A DNA stretch of 49,262 nucleotides from a virus (lineage: Duplodnaviria; Caudoviricetes), in the IMG/VR virus record IMGVR_UViG_3300035140_000023, positions 1-49,262 of that record. One strand, written 5' to 3'. The translations under genes were made by a program, and so were the position numbers. The notes under the pieces are model-generated. The model was not told the origin of the DNA, did not search any database, and was given only the letters and a program-made list of their open reading frames with translations. Below, piece after piece: positions 15,873-24,497 of the stretch (the first letter of the stretch is position 1; every line of letters starts with the position of its first letter).

Positions 15873-16571
15873 ATGGTACAATGCAATGCAACGGCCAAGA
15901 GTACCGGGGAACGTTGTAGACGACCCGCTGTTTCTGGCAGTACCAAATGCAGGTTTCATGGTGGGAAGTCCTTACGCGGCGCAGCGTCGGCCACCTTCAA
16001 ACATGGGCGACGGTCTAAACACATGCCCGCCCAAATCGCGGCGCGGTATGAGGCGGCGTTAAGCGATCCAGACCTGGGCGACCTGACTGTCAACATCGCG
16101 CTGCGTGAGGCGTTCATCCGGGAGCGGTTGGAAACACTGGACAACGCTCCCGACCCAGCGCATGTGTGGCAGGATATGACGCGCAACCTCAACGCGCTGG
16201 AAGTGGCCTACAGCCAGGCCGACAGTGTAAAAATGGCGCAGGCGCTGCGGGCAATGCGCAGTCTCATCTCAGAACGGACACGTTACCATCAAACGCGCAA
16301 TGAGATTGAGGATGCACTTAGCGACCAGCGGCAGGATATTGTGAGCAAAGAAGCCATCCTGCACAAAGGCGAGAACGCGGTAGCATTGGATAAACTGATG
16401 GTCTTTATGGCGCAACTGCACGCGCTGCTGTTAGCCTCCATCAGTGACCGGAAAGAATTGAACGAGGTATTGCATGGGGTTGATACCCTCCTCTCCCTAC
16501 CAGAACGCACTTCAGAAAGCGTGGTGGAACACACGCCAGCGGGTAGCAACGGGAATAGGCCAACCGGATAA
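15873..16571 (+). CDS. Terminase small subunit (HGGxSTG type)
   Basis: 'CNATAKSTGERC...CRFHGGKS...KHG'; upstream of terL. Confidence 0.75.
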   Translation: MVQCNATAKSTGERCRRPAVSGSTKCRFHGGKSLRGAASATFKHGRRSKHMPAQIAARYEAALSDPDLGDLTVNIALREAFIRERLETLDNAPDPAHVWQDMTRNLNALEVAYSQADSVKMAQALRAMRSLISERTRYHQTRNEIEDALSDQRQDIVSKEAILHKGENAVALDKLMVFMAQLHALLLASISDRKELNEVLHGVDTLLSLPERTSESVVEHTPAGSNGNRPTG

Positions 16572-17835
16572 CATTATCCCCTACGATCTACCTGTTGCAC
16601 GGGGCGGGGTCGCGCAGCTCTTTGGAAACTATACCCATGAAATCATTCTGTCAGGGCCTTTTAACACCGGCAAGACGTATGGCGTGCTGGCGTGGTTTCA
16701 TTGGCGCATGTGCCAGACACCCAATGCTAAGGGACTGTGGGTACGCAAGACCTACAACAGCTTGATCGGTTCGGCCTGTGAAACGTATGAGCGAAAAATC
16801 CTGCCTTACCCGCCAGGGCATGACCAATCGCACGTCAATGCGTTTGGTGGGGAACGTCCGCAAAAGTACCAGTACAGCAACGGCGCAGAGATTGTGTTGG
16901 GTGGATTGGATAACCCGGAAAAGTTTCTGAGCGCCGAGTTCGATTACATCTACATCAATCAGGCTGAAGAAATCAGTCTCTCGGCTTACGAGATGTTAAC
17001 GGGGCGCTGTGATGGTCGGGCGGGTAATACCGACCAACCGCAGATTATGGGGGATTGCAACCCCTCCTATCCAGGGCATTGGATACAGACCCGGCATAGT
17101 TCCGGCGAACTGCTATTTTTGGAACAATTGCATAAGCACAACCCACTTATCTATACCGAGGACGGCCAATTAACCGAACGCGGTCAAAGCATCATGACCA
17201 ACCTACGCACGTTAACGGGTGTGCGGCGCAGTCGAGGTCTGGATGGGTTATGGGTAGCGGCTGAAGGCGCGGTCTACGATAACTTCAGTTTTAGTGAGAA
17301 TGTCACCGACGCAGCGGAGTACAACCCCGACTTACCTGTGTATTGGGGAGTTGACGATGGGTATGCTGAGGGCGCGGGCGTAGGCACACCAGGGCATCAC
17401 CCGCGCGTGGTGGTGTTGGCACAACAGCGGGGGGATGGTGGCTTTAATGTCTTTGCTGAATACTATCGCACGCTACAATTACCAGAGTCCACTATTGCTG
17501 AAATACTGAGTTGGCCTTATGCACCGCCGGAGTTGGTCATGGTAGACAGTAGCGCCGCCGAACTGCGCCGCCGGTTGGTCGATAACAATCTGTTCAATGG
17601 CGCTGGAACACATCCGGTAGCCGATGGAATAAAGGTGGTACGCCGCTATATCTGTGATGGTAATGGTGTGCGGATGCTGCATATTCACCCGCGCTGCGTC
17701 AATTTGATTCGTGAATTGCAATCCTACCGCTACGATGACAAGTTTACCAGTAGCACAGCGGGCGAACCGAAACCCATGAAATTGGACGACCATACCGTTG
17801 ACGCGCTCCGCTATCTGCTGTTTAACTTTCGCTAG
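16474..17835 (+). CDS. terL: Terminase large subunit
   Basis: GPFNTGKT Walker A, YINQAEE Walker B, DCNP motif, nuclease acidic residues GVDDG and DDHTVDALRY. Confidence 0.93.
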   Translation: MGLIPSSPYQNALQKAWWNTRQRVATGIGQPDNIIPYDLPVARGGVAQLFGNYTHEIILSGPFNTGKTYGVLAWFHWRMCQTPNAKGLWVRKTYNSLIGSACETYERKILPYPPGHDQSHVNAFGGERPQKYQYSNGAEIVLGGLDNPEKFLSAEFDYIYINQAEEISLSAYEMLTGRCDGRAGNTDQPQIMGDCNPSYPGHWIQTRHSSGELLFLEQLHKHNPLIYTEDGQLTERGQSIMTNLRTLTGVRRSRGLDGLWVAAEGAVYDNFSFSENVTDAAEYNPDLPVYWGVDDGYAEGAGVGTPGHHPRVVVLAQQRGDGGFNVFAEYYRTLQLPESTIAEILSWPYAPPELVMVDSSAAELRRRLVDNNLFNGAGTHPVADGIKVVRRYICDGNGVRMLHIHPRCVNLIRELQSYRYDDKFTSSTAGEPKPMKLDDHTVDALRYLLFNFR

Positions 17836-17843
17836 AGGATAAG

Positions 17844-19814
17844 ATGCCGTATTCGGAAACGAAATTAATACAACTGGCACGCAGTCAGAGCGTCCAGAAG
17901 AAACCCAGTGTCAAGGATGGAACCGGGGCCGGTGCCATGTTGCATATGCTTGGTTCCGAATATTGGCGCGGCCCGCTGTTAGCTCCCGTTGGCACACGAA
18001 AACGGGAATGGGCGTTGCATCAGTACAGTATTCATGATTACAACACCCTGTTTAAGTCGGGGGTAGCGGTCACGACCAAACGCCTTATCAGCACGCCCTG
18101 GGAGCTAACCGGCCCAGACAATGCTGTTGCATTGTACCAGGACGTGCTATGGAACGCCTGCTTTGGGGGCGGGTGGGATATGTTCTTGTCGAAGCTCATC
18201 AAGGACTATACCCGCTGCGATGCCGGGGCGTATGTGGAATTGATTGGCACTCGCAATGCATTGGGTGAACTGGTCGGGCCGGTACAGGGGATAACCGTAT
18301 TGGATAGCCTGCGCTGCTATCCCACTGGCGACCCGGAATACCCGACGATTTACATGGATATTGAAGGTACATTGCATCTGATGCATATGAGTACCGTCAA
18401 GCGCATGGTGGATATGCCGGATAGCTATGAAGCGGCGTATGAATATGGCGAGTGTGCCTTAAGCCGCTGCATTGCCCCGGTGTGGCGTGACATCCTGATG
18501 AACCGCTATGTTGAGCAAACGCTGGATGACAACCCACCGCCCGGGATTATGATTTTTAAGAATATCAGCGAAAAGAATTTGCAAGAGGCGTTTGCCAAGC
18601 TTGACCGGGATAGGTCAACCGACTTCGGCAGTAAATGGGGGAATGTCATTCGCTTGTATGGTCTGATGGCCGACAGCACCCCGGAAATTGTCAGCGTCCC
18701 CTACAGTACCACGCCAGATAAGTTTGATTACGTGGCATACAAGGAACTGAATGTTAAAGAGATTGCGCTGGGCTTGGGTGTGGACATTCAGGATTTATGG
18801 GAACTAACCGGCAATAATATGGGAACCGCCACTCAGAGCGAGGTGTTGGAACGCAAGTCCAAAGGGCAGTTATTAGGCACGTTGTACAAGTCGATTGAAC
18901 GCCTGCTGAATCAGGCGCTGCCAGTGGAGTTGGAATTTAGCTTTGCGTACCGTGATCCCGAAGAAGACCAACAGGTTGCCGACAAAGCCAGTACCTGGAC
19001 AACAACGGTTCTCTCATTGGACGGCACGTTGACGAAAGACGAACAGCGCCGGTTATTGGCGAATCAAGTTGAGGCGATACGGGATGTCATTACCGACGAA
19101 CAAGGGCAGGTTATTCGTTTGGATGATAGCGACCCGAAAACACCCGCCCAGGCGCAACCGCAGCCGGTAGGGGAAGCCCCGCCACAAGAAGCGATTGCCG
19201 ATGATACCGGCGAAGTTGAAAAAGACCTGGCTGCTACCCGGATGGCGTTCAAACAGCAATTTATTGAACTGGTGACGCAAGTCCAACAAAAGTATCTCAG
19301 CCCCGCCGCCGCCCGTCCTGCCCTACGTTTGGCGCTGATTGAAGCCGGGGCGCAGGCGTACAAAGATGGCTTGCAAGAGGGCGGCGTGGTCTTGCCTGAA
19401 CTGGATGACGACGCGCGGCATACCCTGAGTGTGTGGCGGTCTAAACAAGCCCCCTTCCTGAATCGGTTTGTTAAGGAAATCTTTGAACGGGATATTCCCC
19501 TTAAAGAAATTCAGACCCGTGCGGAATTGTGGGTCAACAAGTCCATCAACCCGATGTACTTCGAGGGGTTGGGCGCGGCCAATGCACAGCAGCGGTATAT
19601 GTGGGTAGTCAACCCACTAAAAGAACATTGCCCAACGTGTCTGAGATTGAATGGGCAAATTCACCGCATGAAGGATTTCACCAAGCGCAACCTCTTGCCG
19701 CAATCTCCAGCGTTAATCTGTGGGGGTTGGCAATGCGGGTGCAAGCTCATTAAAACGGATAATCCCGCGCGCGGGCGGTTGCGCAGTGTGCGCTACGTGA
19801 GGGGAAGGGCATGA
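17844..19814 (+). CDS. Portal protein fused to a MuF-like minor head domain
   Basis: Follows terL; HK97-portal-like 'PPGIM', 'EIALGLGV', 'IERLLN'; C-terminal 'EHCPTCLRLNG...CGGWQCGCKL' MuF motif. Confidence 0.8.
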   Translation: MPYSETKLIQLARSQSVQKKPSVKDGTGAGAMLHMLGSEYWRGPLLAPVGTRKREWALHQYSIHDYNTLFKSGVAVTTKRLISTPWELTGPDNAVALYQDVLWNACFGGGWDMFLSKLIKDYTRCDAGAYVELIGTRNALGELVGPVQGITVLDSLRCYPTGDPEYPTIYMDIEGTLHLMHMSTVKRMVDMPDSYEAAYEYGECALSRCIAPVWRDILMNRYVEQTLDDNPPPGIMIFKNISEKNLQEAFAKLDRDRSTDFGSKWGNVIRLYGLMADSTPEIVSVPYSTTPDKFDYVAYKELNVKEIALGLGVDIQDLWELTGNNMGTATQSEVLERKSKGQLLGTLYKSIERLLNQALPVELEFSFAYRDPEEDQQVADKASTWTTTVLSLDGTLTKDEQRRLLANQVEAIRDVITDEQGQVIRLDDSDPKTPAQAQPQPVGEAPPQEAIADDTGEVEKDLAATRMAFKQQFIELVTQVQQKYLSPAAARPALRLALIEAGAQAYKDGLQEGGVVLPELDDDARHTLSVWRSKQAPFLNRFVKEIFERDIPLKEIQTRAELWVNKSINPMYFEGLGAANAQQRYMWVVNPLKEHCPTCLRLNGQIHRMKDFTKRNLLPQSPALICGGWQCGCKLIKTDNPARGRLRSVRYVRGRA

Positions 19815-20956
19815 TGCCATCATCGTCAATTGTATTCAAAGCCAATGACCTGCGTTATATGTTTCTTATTTCCAGTAACGCCTATAAAGACCGGGCGAAT
19901 GACATCGTATACGAACGCGCCTTAAAAGAATATGTGGAGCATTTCAAACCGCAACCGCATTTGTTCTGGCATGGAGGCGAACCAATAGGCGAGATTATCG
20001 CAGCGAAAATGATTGGCCCGTTCTTAGTGGAGATAAGTCGAGAATTGCCAGATTCTATTGTCAATTTGGCACGTGACGATGACGAGCCACCGATGTACGT
20101 ATCCATTCGTAAAGTTTGGAATGTATGGGAAAATGCCTCTATAGCATGGGGCGCGAGTATTGGTTTCTATGCGTCAAAGGTTGATAAGTGGTTACATTCC
20201 TTTAGGCGTATTTATAAAAAGGAAACATCCTCTTTGCCGCTCAATAAGGCGGCGAACAGCCTTACACCTACGTTTGTGATTGGAGGTCAAAACATGAGTG
20301 AGGCAATCAAGAAAGACCGCCGCAACCTATGGAAGCAACTGTTTGGGAAAGAAACCAGCAGTGAATTGGAAGCGGCGATGGAGGGCGTGCGGGCCGTGCT
20401 GGATAAGGGCGGCGTGCAGCGCAAAGAGTTAAATATGAAAGTGGTCAAGGGGTTAGTTGAGGATATGCAAGCCCGAATTATGGAAATCCTGGGCGAACTG
20501 ACCGACGATGAAACCAAAAAGCAGGCGTTAGCCAATACCATCGCAGCGGAATTGATGGGAACGGCAACGGAAGTCGTTGACGAAACCATGCCGGTGGAAG
20601 AGATGCAAGAGGACGAGGACGAGGAACAGATGCCCATGCAAATGATGGAACTGGCCGAGCAGGTCAAGGCGCTGGCCTCCGAATCCAATGACGTGCAGGA
20701 AGAGATGAAAGAACTCATTCCGGCGTTTATTGAGATGACCGGCATTGTCAAGGAACTGGCACCATTGGCCGCCAAAGCGCAGGAATTTGACGCGCTGGTC
20801 GGGCGTATGGAAAAGATGGAAAAGCTCATGGCACTGGCACCGCGTCCAGCCTCAACGGATAAAGCGACAGTGATCAAGAGCGCTGAAGTCAAAGCGGAAA
20901 TTGATGAGGGTCTGCGCGGTACCAAGAAGGTGCTTGGCGTGGAAGTGAAGGAGTAA
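19811..20956 (+). CDS. Prohead protease-scaffold fusion
   Basis: 'KDRANDIV', 'LFWH', 'GASIGF', 'ETS...AAN' protease motifs followed by an acidic coiled coil. Confidence 0.75.
   Translation: MMPSSSIVFKANDLRYMFLISSNAYKDRANDIVYERALKEYVEHFKPQPHLFWHGGEPIGEIIAAKMIGPFLVEISRELPDSIVNLARDDDEPPMYVSIRKVWNVWENASIAWGASIGFYASKVDKWLHSFRRIYKKETSSLPLNKAANSLTPTFVIGGQNMSEAIKKDRRNLWKQLFGKETSSELEAAMEGVRAVLDKGGVQRKELNMKVVKGLVEDMQARIMEILGELTDDETKKQALANTIAAELMGTATEVVDETMPVEEMQEDEDEEQMPMQMMELAEQVKALASESNDVQEEMKELIPAFIEMTGIVKELAPLAAKAQEFDALVGRMEKMEKLMALAPRPASTDKATVIKSAEVKAEIDEGLRGTKKVLGVEVKE
20294..20956 (+). CDS. Nested scaffolding protein (internal start)
   Basis: In-frame ATG at 20294 preceded by GGAGGT. Confidence 0.6.
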   Translation: MSEAIKKDRRNLWKQLFGKETSSELEAAMEGVRAVLDKGGVQRKELNMKVVKGLVEDMQARIMEILGELTDDETKKQALANTIAAELMGTATEVVDETMPVEEMQEDEDEEQMPMQMMELAEQVKALASESNDVQEEMKELIPAFIEMTGIVKELAPLAAKAQEFDALVGRMEKMEKLMALAPRPASTDKATVIKSAEVKAEIDEGLRGTKKVLGVEVKE

Positions 20957-20960
20957 GCCA

Positions 20961-22415
20961 ATGGCTGAAAAACAGTACACCATACAGGAACTAAAAGAAC
21001 TGCGTGAGGCGTTGGCTTACGAGGAAAAGCACGACCCGGCCAGCACCACGCTTTACACCCCCACCTTGCAAGGCCCGTTCCAGGGCAGCACGACGCAATT
21101 TGGGTTATTCACCTATCCAGGGGTACGCCCGGAACGTTACAGCGCGATGGCACGGCCTTACAGCTTTGCTCAGGCGTTGGGCGCGCCCATGCGCAGCGAG
21201 TTCTACGAAGAACTGCTCTCCATCTTCCTGGGGCAATCGACAGCATCCGGCACCAATGCCGCCAATGCTTGCGGCAACCCGCCGGAAGTGGGTTATGGCA
21301 AAGAATGCAAGCAAGCGTTTTATTGGGGTCAATACCACATTAAAACCGAACTGAATGCCATCCCTGAAATTGGACAATTGCGTAACCGTTCCGATATTCC
21401 GGGCAGTGTGCTTCCTGGCTTTACGAACCCGGAAATGCGCAATCCGCTCGTACCAGACTTGTTTTACCGTCTGGGTTCAGATACCCGTTCGCAGTTACAG
21501 TATGAACTGTGGCGACTGGGAACCGAATTTGAACGCACGATTGATGTGGTAGCGATTGCCGGGGATAACACGCAGGCGTATACCGCCACCGAACACGGAT
21601 GGACAACCGAGTTCACCGGTATCGATAGCATGATTAAAACCGGCTACACCGATGTCAAAACCTCGCAGGTATGCGCGGCAATGGATAGCGTGGTCATTAC
21701 CTTTGGGGCCGATGTTGGCGCAACCATCCCCAGTGAGCCGGCAGCTTCAGCACGGAACATCACCGTTGCGATTGCCGAACTGGTACGGGCGGTCAAGAAC
21801 CGGGCGCGCAAGATGGGCTATGGCCCGAATGTGACCTGGTACTTCCTCATGCGTGAAGAGGCGTTCCATCGGGTGGTTGAGGAATACAGTTGCTCCTATG
21901 CGACCTATCGTTGCACCAGCACCAATGCCGGTCAACCGTTCAACTCCGATGTGACGGCAACCAATGCGTTGCGTCTGGAAATGATGGCCGGTCAATACCT
22001 GCTGGTTGACGGCGTACCGGTGCCGGTGGTCTTCTCGGAAGGGATTCCACAGACCAATAGCAACGGGACATTCACGAGCGACATTTACCTCATTCCTGAT
22101 ACCTGGAACGGAACGAAACTGACCTACCTGCAATTCTTCCCGATGGATAACCAGTGGGCAACGGAATTTCGCACGTTTGCCGATGCCGACGATATGGCGA
22201 TCCTGAATAACGGGCTGTGGATTGCCGGGGTCAATTCGACTGGCCTGTGTAAGGAATACGAGTTCCTATCCAAAATGCGGCTAATTATGGAAACCCCATT
22301 CCTGGCCGGACGACTGGATAACGTGTCCTACTACTTCACCACCGAAATTCGCAACGCGCTGCCGGGTAGTTCATTCTTCGCGGATGGCCCTGGTAACACA
22401 TTGTACAAGCCATAG
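20961..22415 (+). CDS. Major capsid protein
   Basis: Follows the scaffold; AAGGAG RBS; 484 aa; HK97-like 'GD..EFTGI', 'FLM', 'GVPV'. Confidence 0.8.
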   Translation: MAEKQYTIQELKELREALAYEEKHDPASTTLYTPTLQGPFQGSTTQFGLFTYPGVRPERYSAMARPYSFAQALGAPMRSEFYEELLSIFLGQSTASGTNAANACGNPPEVGYGKECKQAFYWGQYHIKTELNAIPEIGQLRNRSDIPGSVLPGFTNPEMRNPLVPDLFYRLGSDTRSQLQYELWRLGTEFERTIDVVAIAGDNTQAYTATEHGWTTEFTGIDSMIKTGYTDVKTSQVCAAMDSVVITFGADVGATIPSEPAASARNITVAIAELVRAVKNRARKMGYGPNVTWYFLMREEAFHRVVEEYSCSYATYRCTSTNAGQPFNSDVTATNALRLEMMAGQYLLVDGVPVPVVFSEGIPQTNSNGTFTSDIYLIPDTWNGTKLTYLQFFPMDNQWATEFRTFADADDMAILNNGLWIAGVNSTGLCKEYEFLSKMRLIMETPFLAGRLDNVSYYFTTEIRNALPGSSFFADGPGNTLYKP

Positions 22416-22423
22416 AGTGGTAG

Positions 22424-22482
22424 TTGTCACGCGAATCAAAATGCGGTATAATACAAAGGAGCGGGGGGTTATCCCGCTCCTT
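22424..22482 (+). promoter_or_regulatory. Moron promoter plus hairpin
   Basis: TTGTCA-17 bp-TATAAT, then aaggagcggg/cccgctcctt stem. Confidence 0.6.
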
Positions 22483-22511
22483 CTGACAGCCTAAGAGAGT
22501 AGGCCATCACC

Positions 22512-23012
22512 ATGAATGATACTTCAAATCAAACCATCTTACAACTTATTGCTACCGCTGCACTTAAGGATAAGGAACTTAAGCAGGCGCTCTTAGAGTA
22601 TATTGGGAGCGCAACGAAAGAGCTAACACAGACCAGTGATTGGCGCGAGGTTTGGTGGCAGGAAACAAAAACCCCACGTGTCCATGTAGATGAAGATCGC
22701 ATGGATATGCATACTGGCATGACAGCGAAGCGTCTGGATGTCTATGTCTATATGCGAGTGGAATATTCCGAATCACGGTTTGTTGCTAAAACAATAGCCT
22801 TTCTTACGGGGGTACCCTTTAGCGAGCGGGATGAATGGCACATTGATAATATTCCTATGTTGTTTTCTCTGAGTAAGCCTTTTTGGACAGCGGTTCATGA
22901 TGTAACTGATTATGCCGATGCTATTCGTTGTGGACAAAGCGATTGGACAAGTATTCTTGTTGAATTTGAAAATATAACCGAATCTAAAGACATTGAGCCA
23001 ATAGATGAGTGA
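22512..23012 (+). CDS. Hypothetical moron protein
   Basis: AT-richer than its flanks; own promoter. Confidence 0.7.
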   Translation: MNDTSNQTILQLIATAALKDKELKQALLEYIGSATKELTQTSDWREVWWQETKTPRVHVDEDRMDMHTGMTAKRLDVYVYMRVEYSESRFVAKTIAFLTGVPFSERDEWHIDNIPMLFSLSKPFWTAVHDVTDYADAIRCGQSDWTSILVEFENITESKDIEPIDE

Positions 23013-24057
23013 TGTCACCGTCCTGATACCCTACGCGCCCGAACACGCTGCACTGATGAAACGGGCGACTCATTCGGCGCAGTTGCAAAGTTATCCCTGT
23101 GATGTTCGGGTAATGGAAGATACCGACCATCGGGGCGCAGGCTGGACGCGCAACCGATTGCTAACCCAAGTCACCACCGAATACGTATTCTTTCTGGACG
23201 CAGACGACTGGCTGGAACCGAACTGTATGCAGCGTTGCCATAGCGCAATGCCTGCGAGCGGGTATGTGTACACCGATTGGTATGTGGATAACGCGATCCG
23301 CCCCGCCCCGGATAAGGTGTGGTGCAAACCGGATACATGGCACCTGATTAGCTGCCTGTGCCGTACCGATGATGTCTTGCGGGTAGGCGGTTTTGATGAA
23401 CACTTAGATGCATTAGAAGATACGGATTTTTGGCTCAAAATGAATGTTGACGGGGTATGCGGGCAACGTGTCGCCGCCCCGTTAGTGCATTACAGCGGCG
23501 CGGGGTTGCGCTCCCAACAAGCGCGAGCATCGGGACGCGAAAGGCACATTAAACGCTTATTGATGCAGCGGTATGGAGGATTACCGGTGGGATGTTGCGG
23601 GCAAGCGGAAATTAACCAGAGTTTACCTGAAGGCGAAAAGCAACCGGGGGATGTCCTGGCAATGGCGTTGTGGAGTGGCAATCATGTCAAGCGCGGGTTA
23701 CGTACCGGGCGACGGTACCCACGTATGAGTTACCCGCGTACCACCTGGATGGCGCAAGAGGATGTCAAAGCGGATTCACGTAATTGGCGGTTGGTTCCTA
23801 ACACGCCTATCCAATCGAATGGGCAACCGAAAGCCGCCGCCGAATATCAGAATGTCGAGGGTTTCGCGCAAGCGGCCATTGACGCGGGGATGCTGAAGCC
23901 ACCGCCAGAAATGCCGGTGTGGGAAGAGACTACCGATTTACCAAGCAACTACAAACTGTTGAATGGCGACAAGCTGCCAGAGTTTGAAGTCCCGCAAAGT
24001 GAGATTGCGCCGGACTGGGTGCGGTTGGTGGAGTTGGGAGCGGCGCGATATGAATGA
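23005..24057 (+). CDS. GT2 glycosyltransferase fused to a C-terminal unknown domain
   Basis: 'VTVLIP', 'RN', 'FLDADD' DxD, 'GGFDE', 'EDTDFW'. Confidence 0.88.
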   Translation: MSDVTVLIPYAPEHAALMKRATHSAQLQSYPCDVRVMEDTDHRGAGWTRNRLLTQVTTEYVFFLDADDWLEPNCMQRCHSAMPASGYVYTDWYVDNAIRPAPDKVWCKPDTWHLISCLCRTDDVLRVGGFDEHLDALEDTDFWLKMNVDGVCGQRVAAPLVHYSGAGLRSQQARASGRERHIKRLLMQRYGGLPVGCCGQAEINQSLPEGEKQPGDVLAMALWSGNHVKRGLRTGRRYPRMSYPRTTWMAQEDVKADSRNWRLVPNTPIQSNGQPKAAAEYQNVEGFAQAAIDAGMLKPPPEMPVWEETTDLPSNYKLLNGDKLPEFEVPQSEIAPDWVRLVELGAARYE

Positions 24058-24235
24058 CATTCTGTTAGTAAACAAGGATATTCTCGAAAACATTGAAGAA
24101 GTCCGGTGCTTCAGGTTTCAGTCTAAGGAAACATATGTAATTGTAGCAGACAAGTCTGTTCCGATAGATATTGATACTGCTAAGTATGCAATTTGGCTAT
24201 GGTTGAATAAGGACATTGAAGCTAATGCAGACTGA
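24050..24235 (+). CDS. Hypothetical protein
   Basis: Start MNDILL; AT-rich; coupled. Confidence 0.55.
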   Translation: MNDILLVNKDILENIEEVRCFRFQSKETYVIVADKSVPIDIDTAKYAIWLWLNKDIEANAD

Positions 24236-24497
24236 CACTTTGGCGATTACCCATGCCTACGCTGTTATTTTGCAAATAATTCAAACTGTACACCCCGATA
24301 CATGGTGGCTCATCAACACAGAGCGTTTGGATTACGCCTTAAGCAATCAAGATGTCTATGTTCTCCAAACTGAACTTGAAAATTATCAGGTATGGGTTCG
24401 GGGAATTGAAGATGCTAAAAATTACTATCTTGATGGGCGAGAAGCGTATGCAGAAGCGGTAAAATTGGCTATGCAAAGGTTGAATAATGCAGACTGA
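24225..24497 (+). CDS. Hypothetical protein
   Basis: Start MQTDTL; flanked by 15-bp direct repeats. Confidence 0.6.
   Translation: MQTDTLAITHAYAVILQIIQTVHPDTWWLINTERLDYALSNQDVYVLQTELENYQVWVRGIEDAKNYYLDGREAYAEAVKLAMQRLNNAD

Noticed and set aside
20287-20961. Long antisense ORFs here and at 24469-25116, 25579-26298, 43096-43740
   Set aside because: Antisense shadows of well-supported genes, with no recognisable motifs
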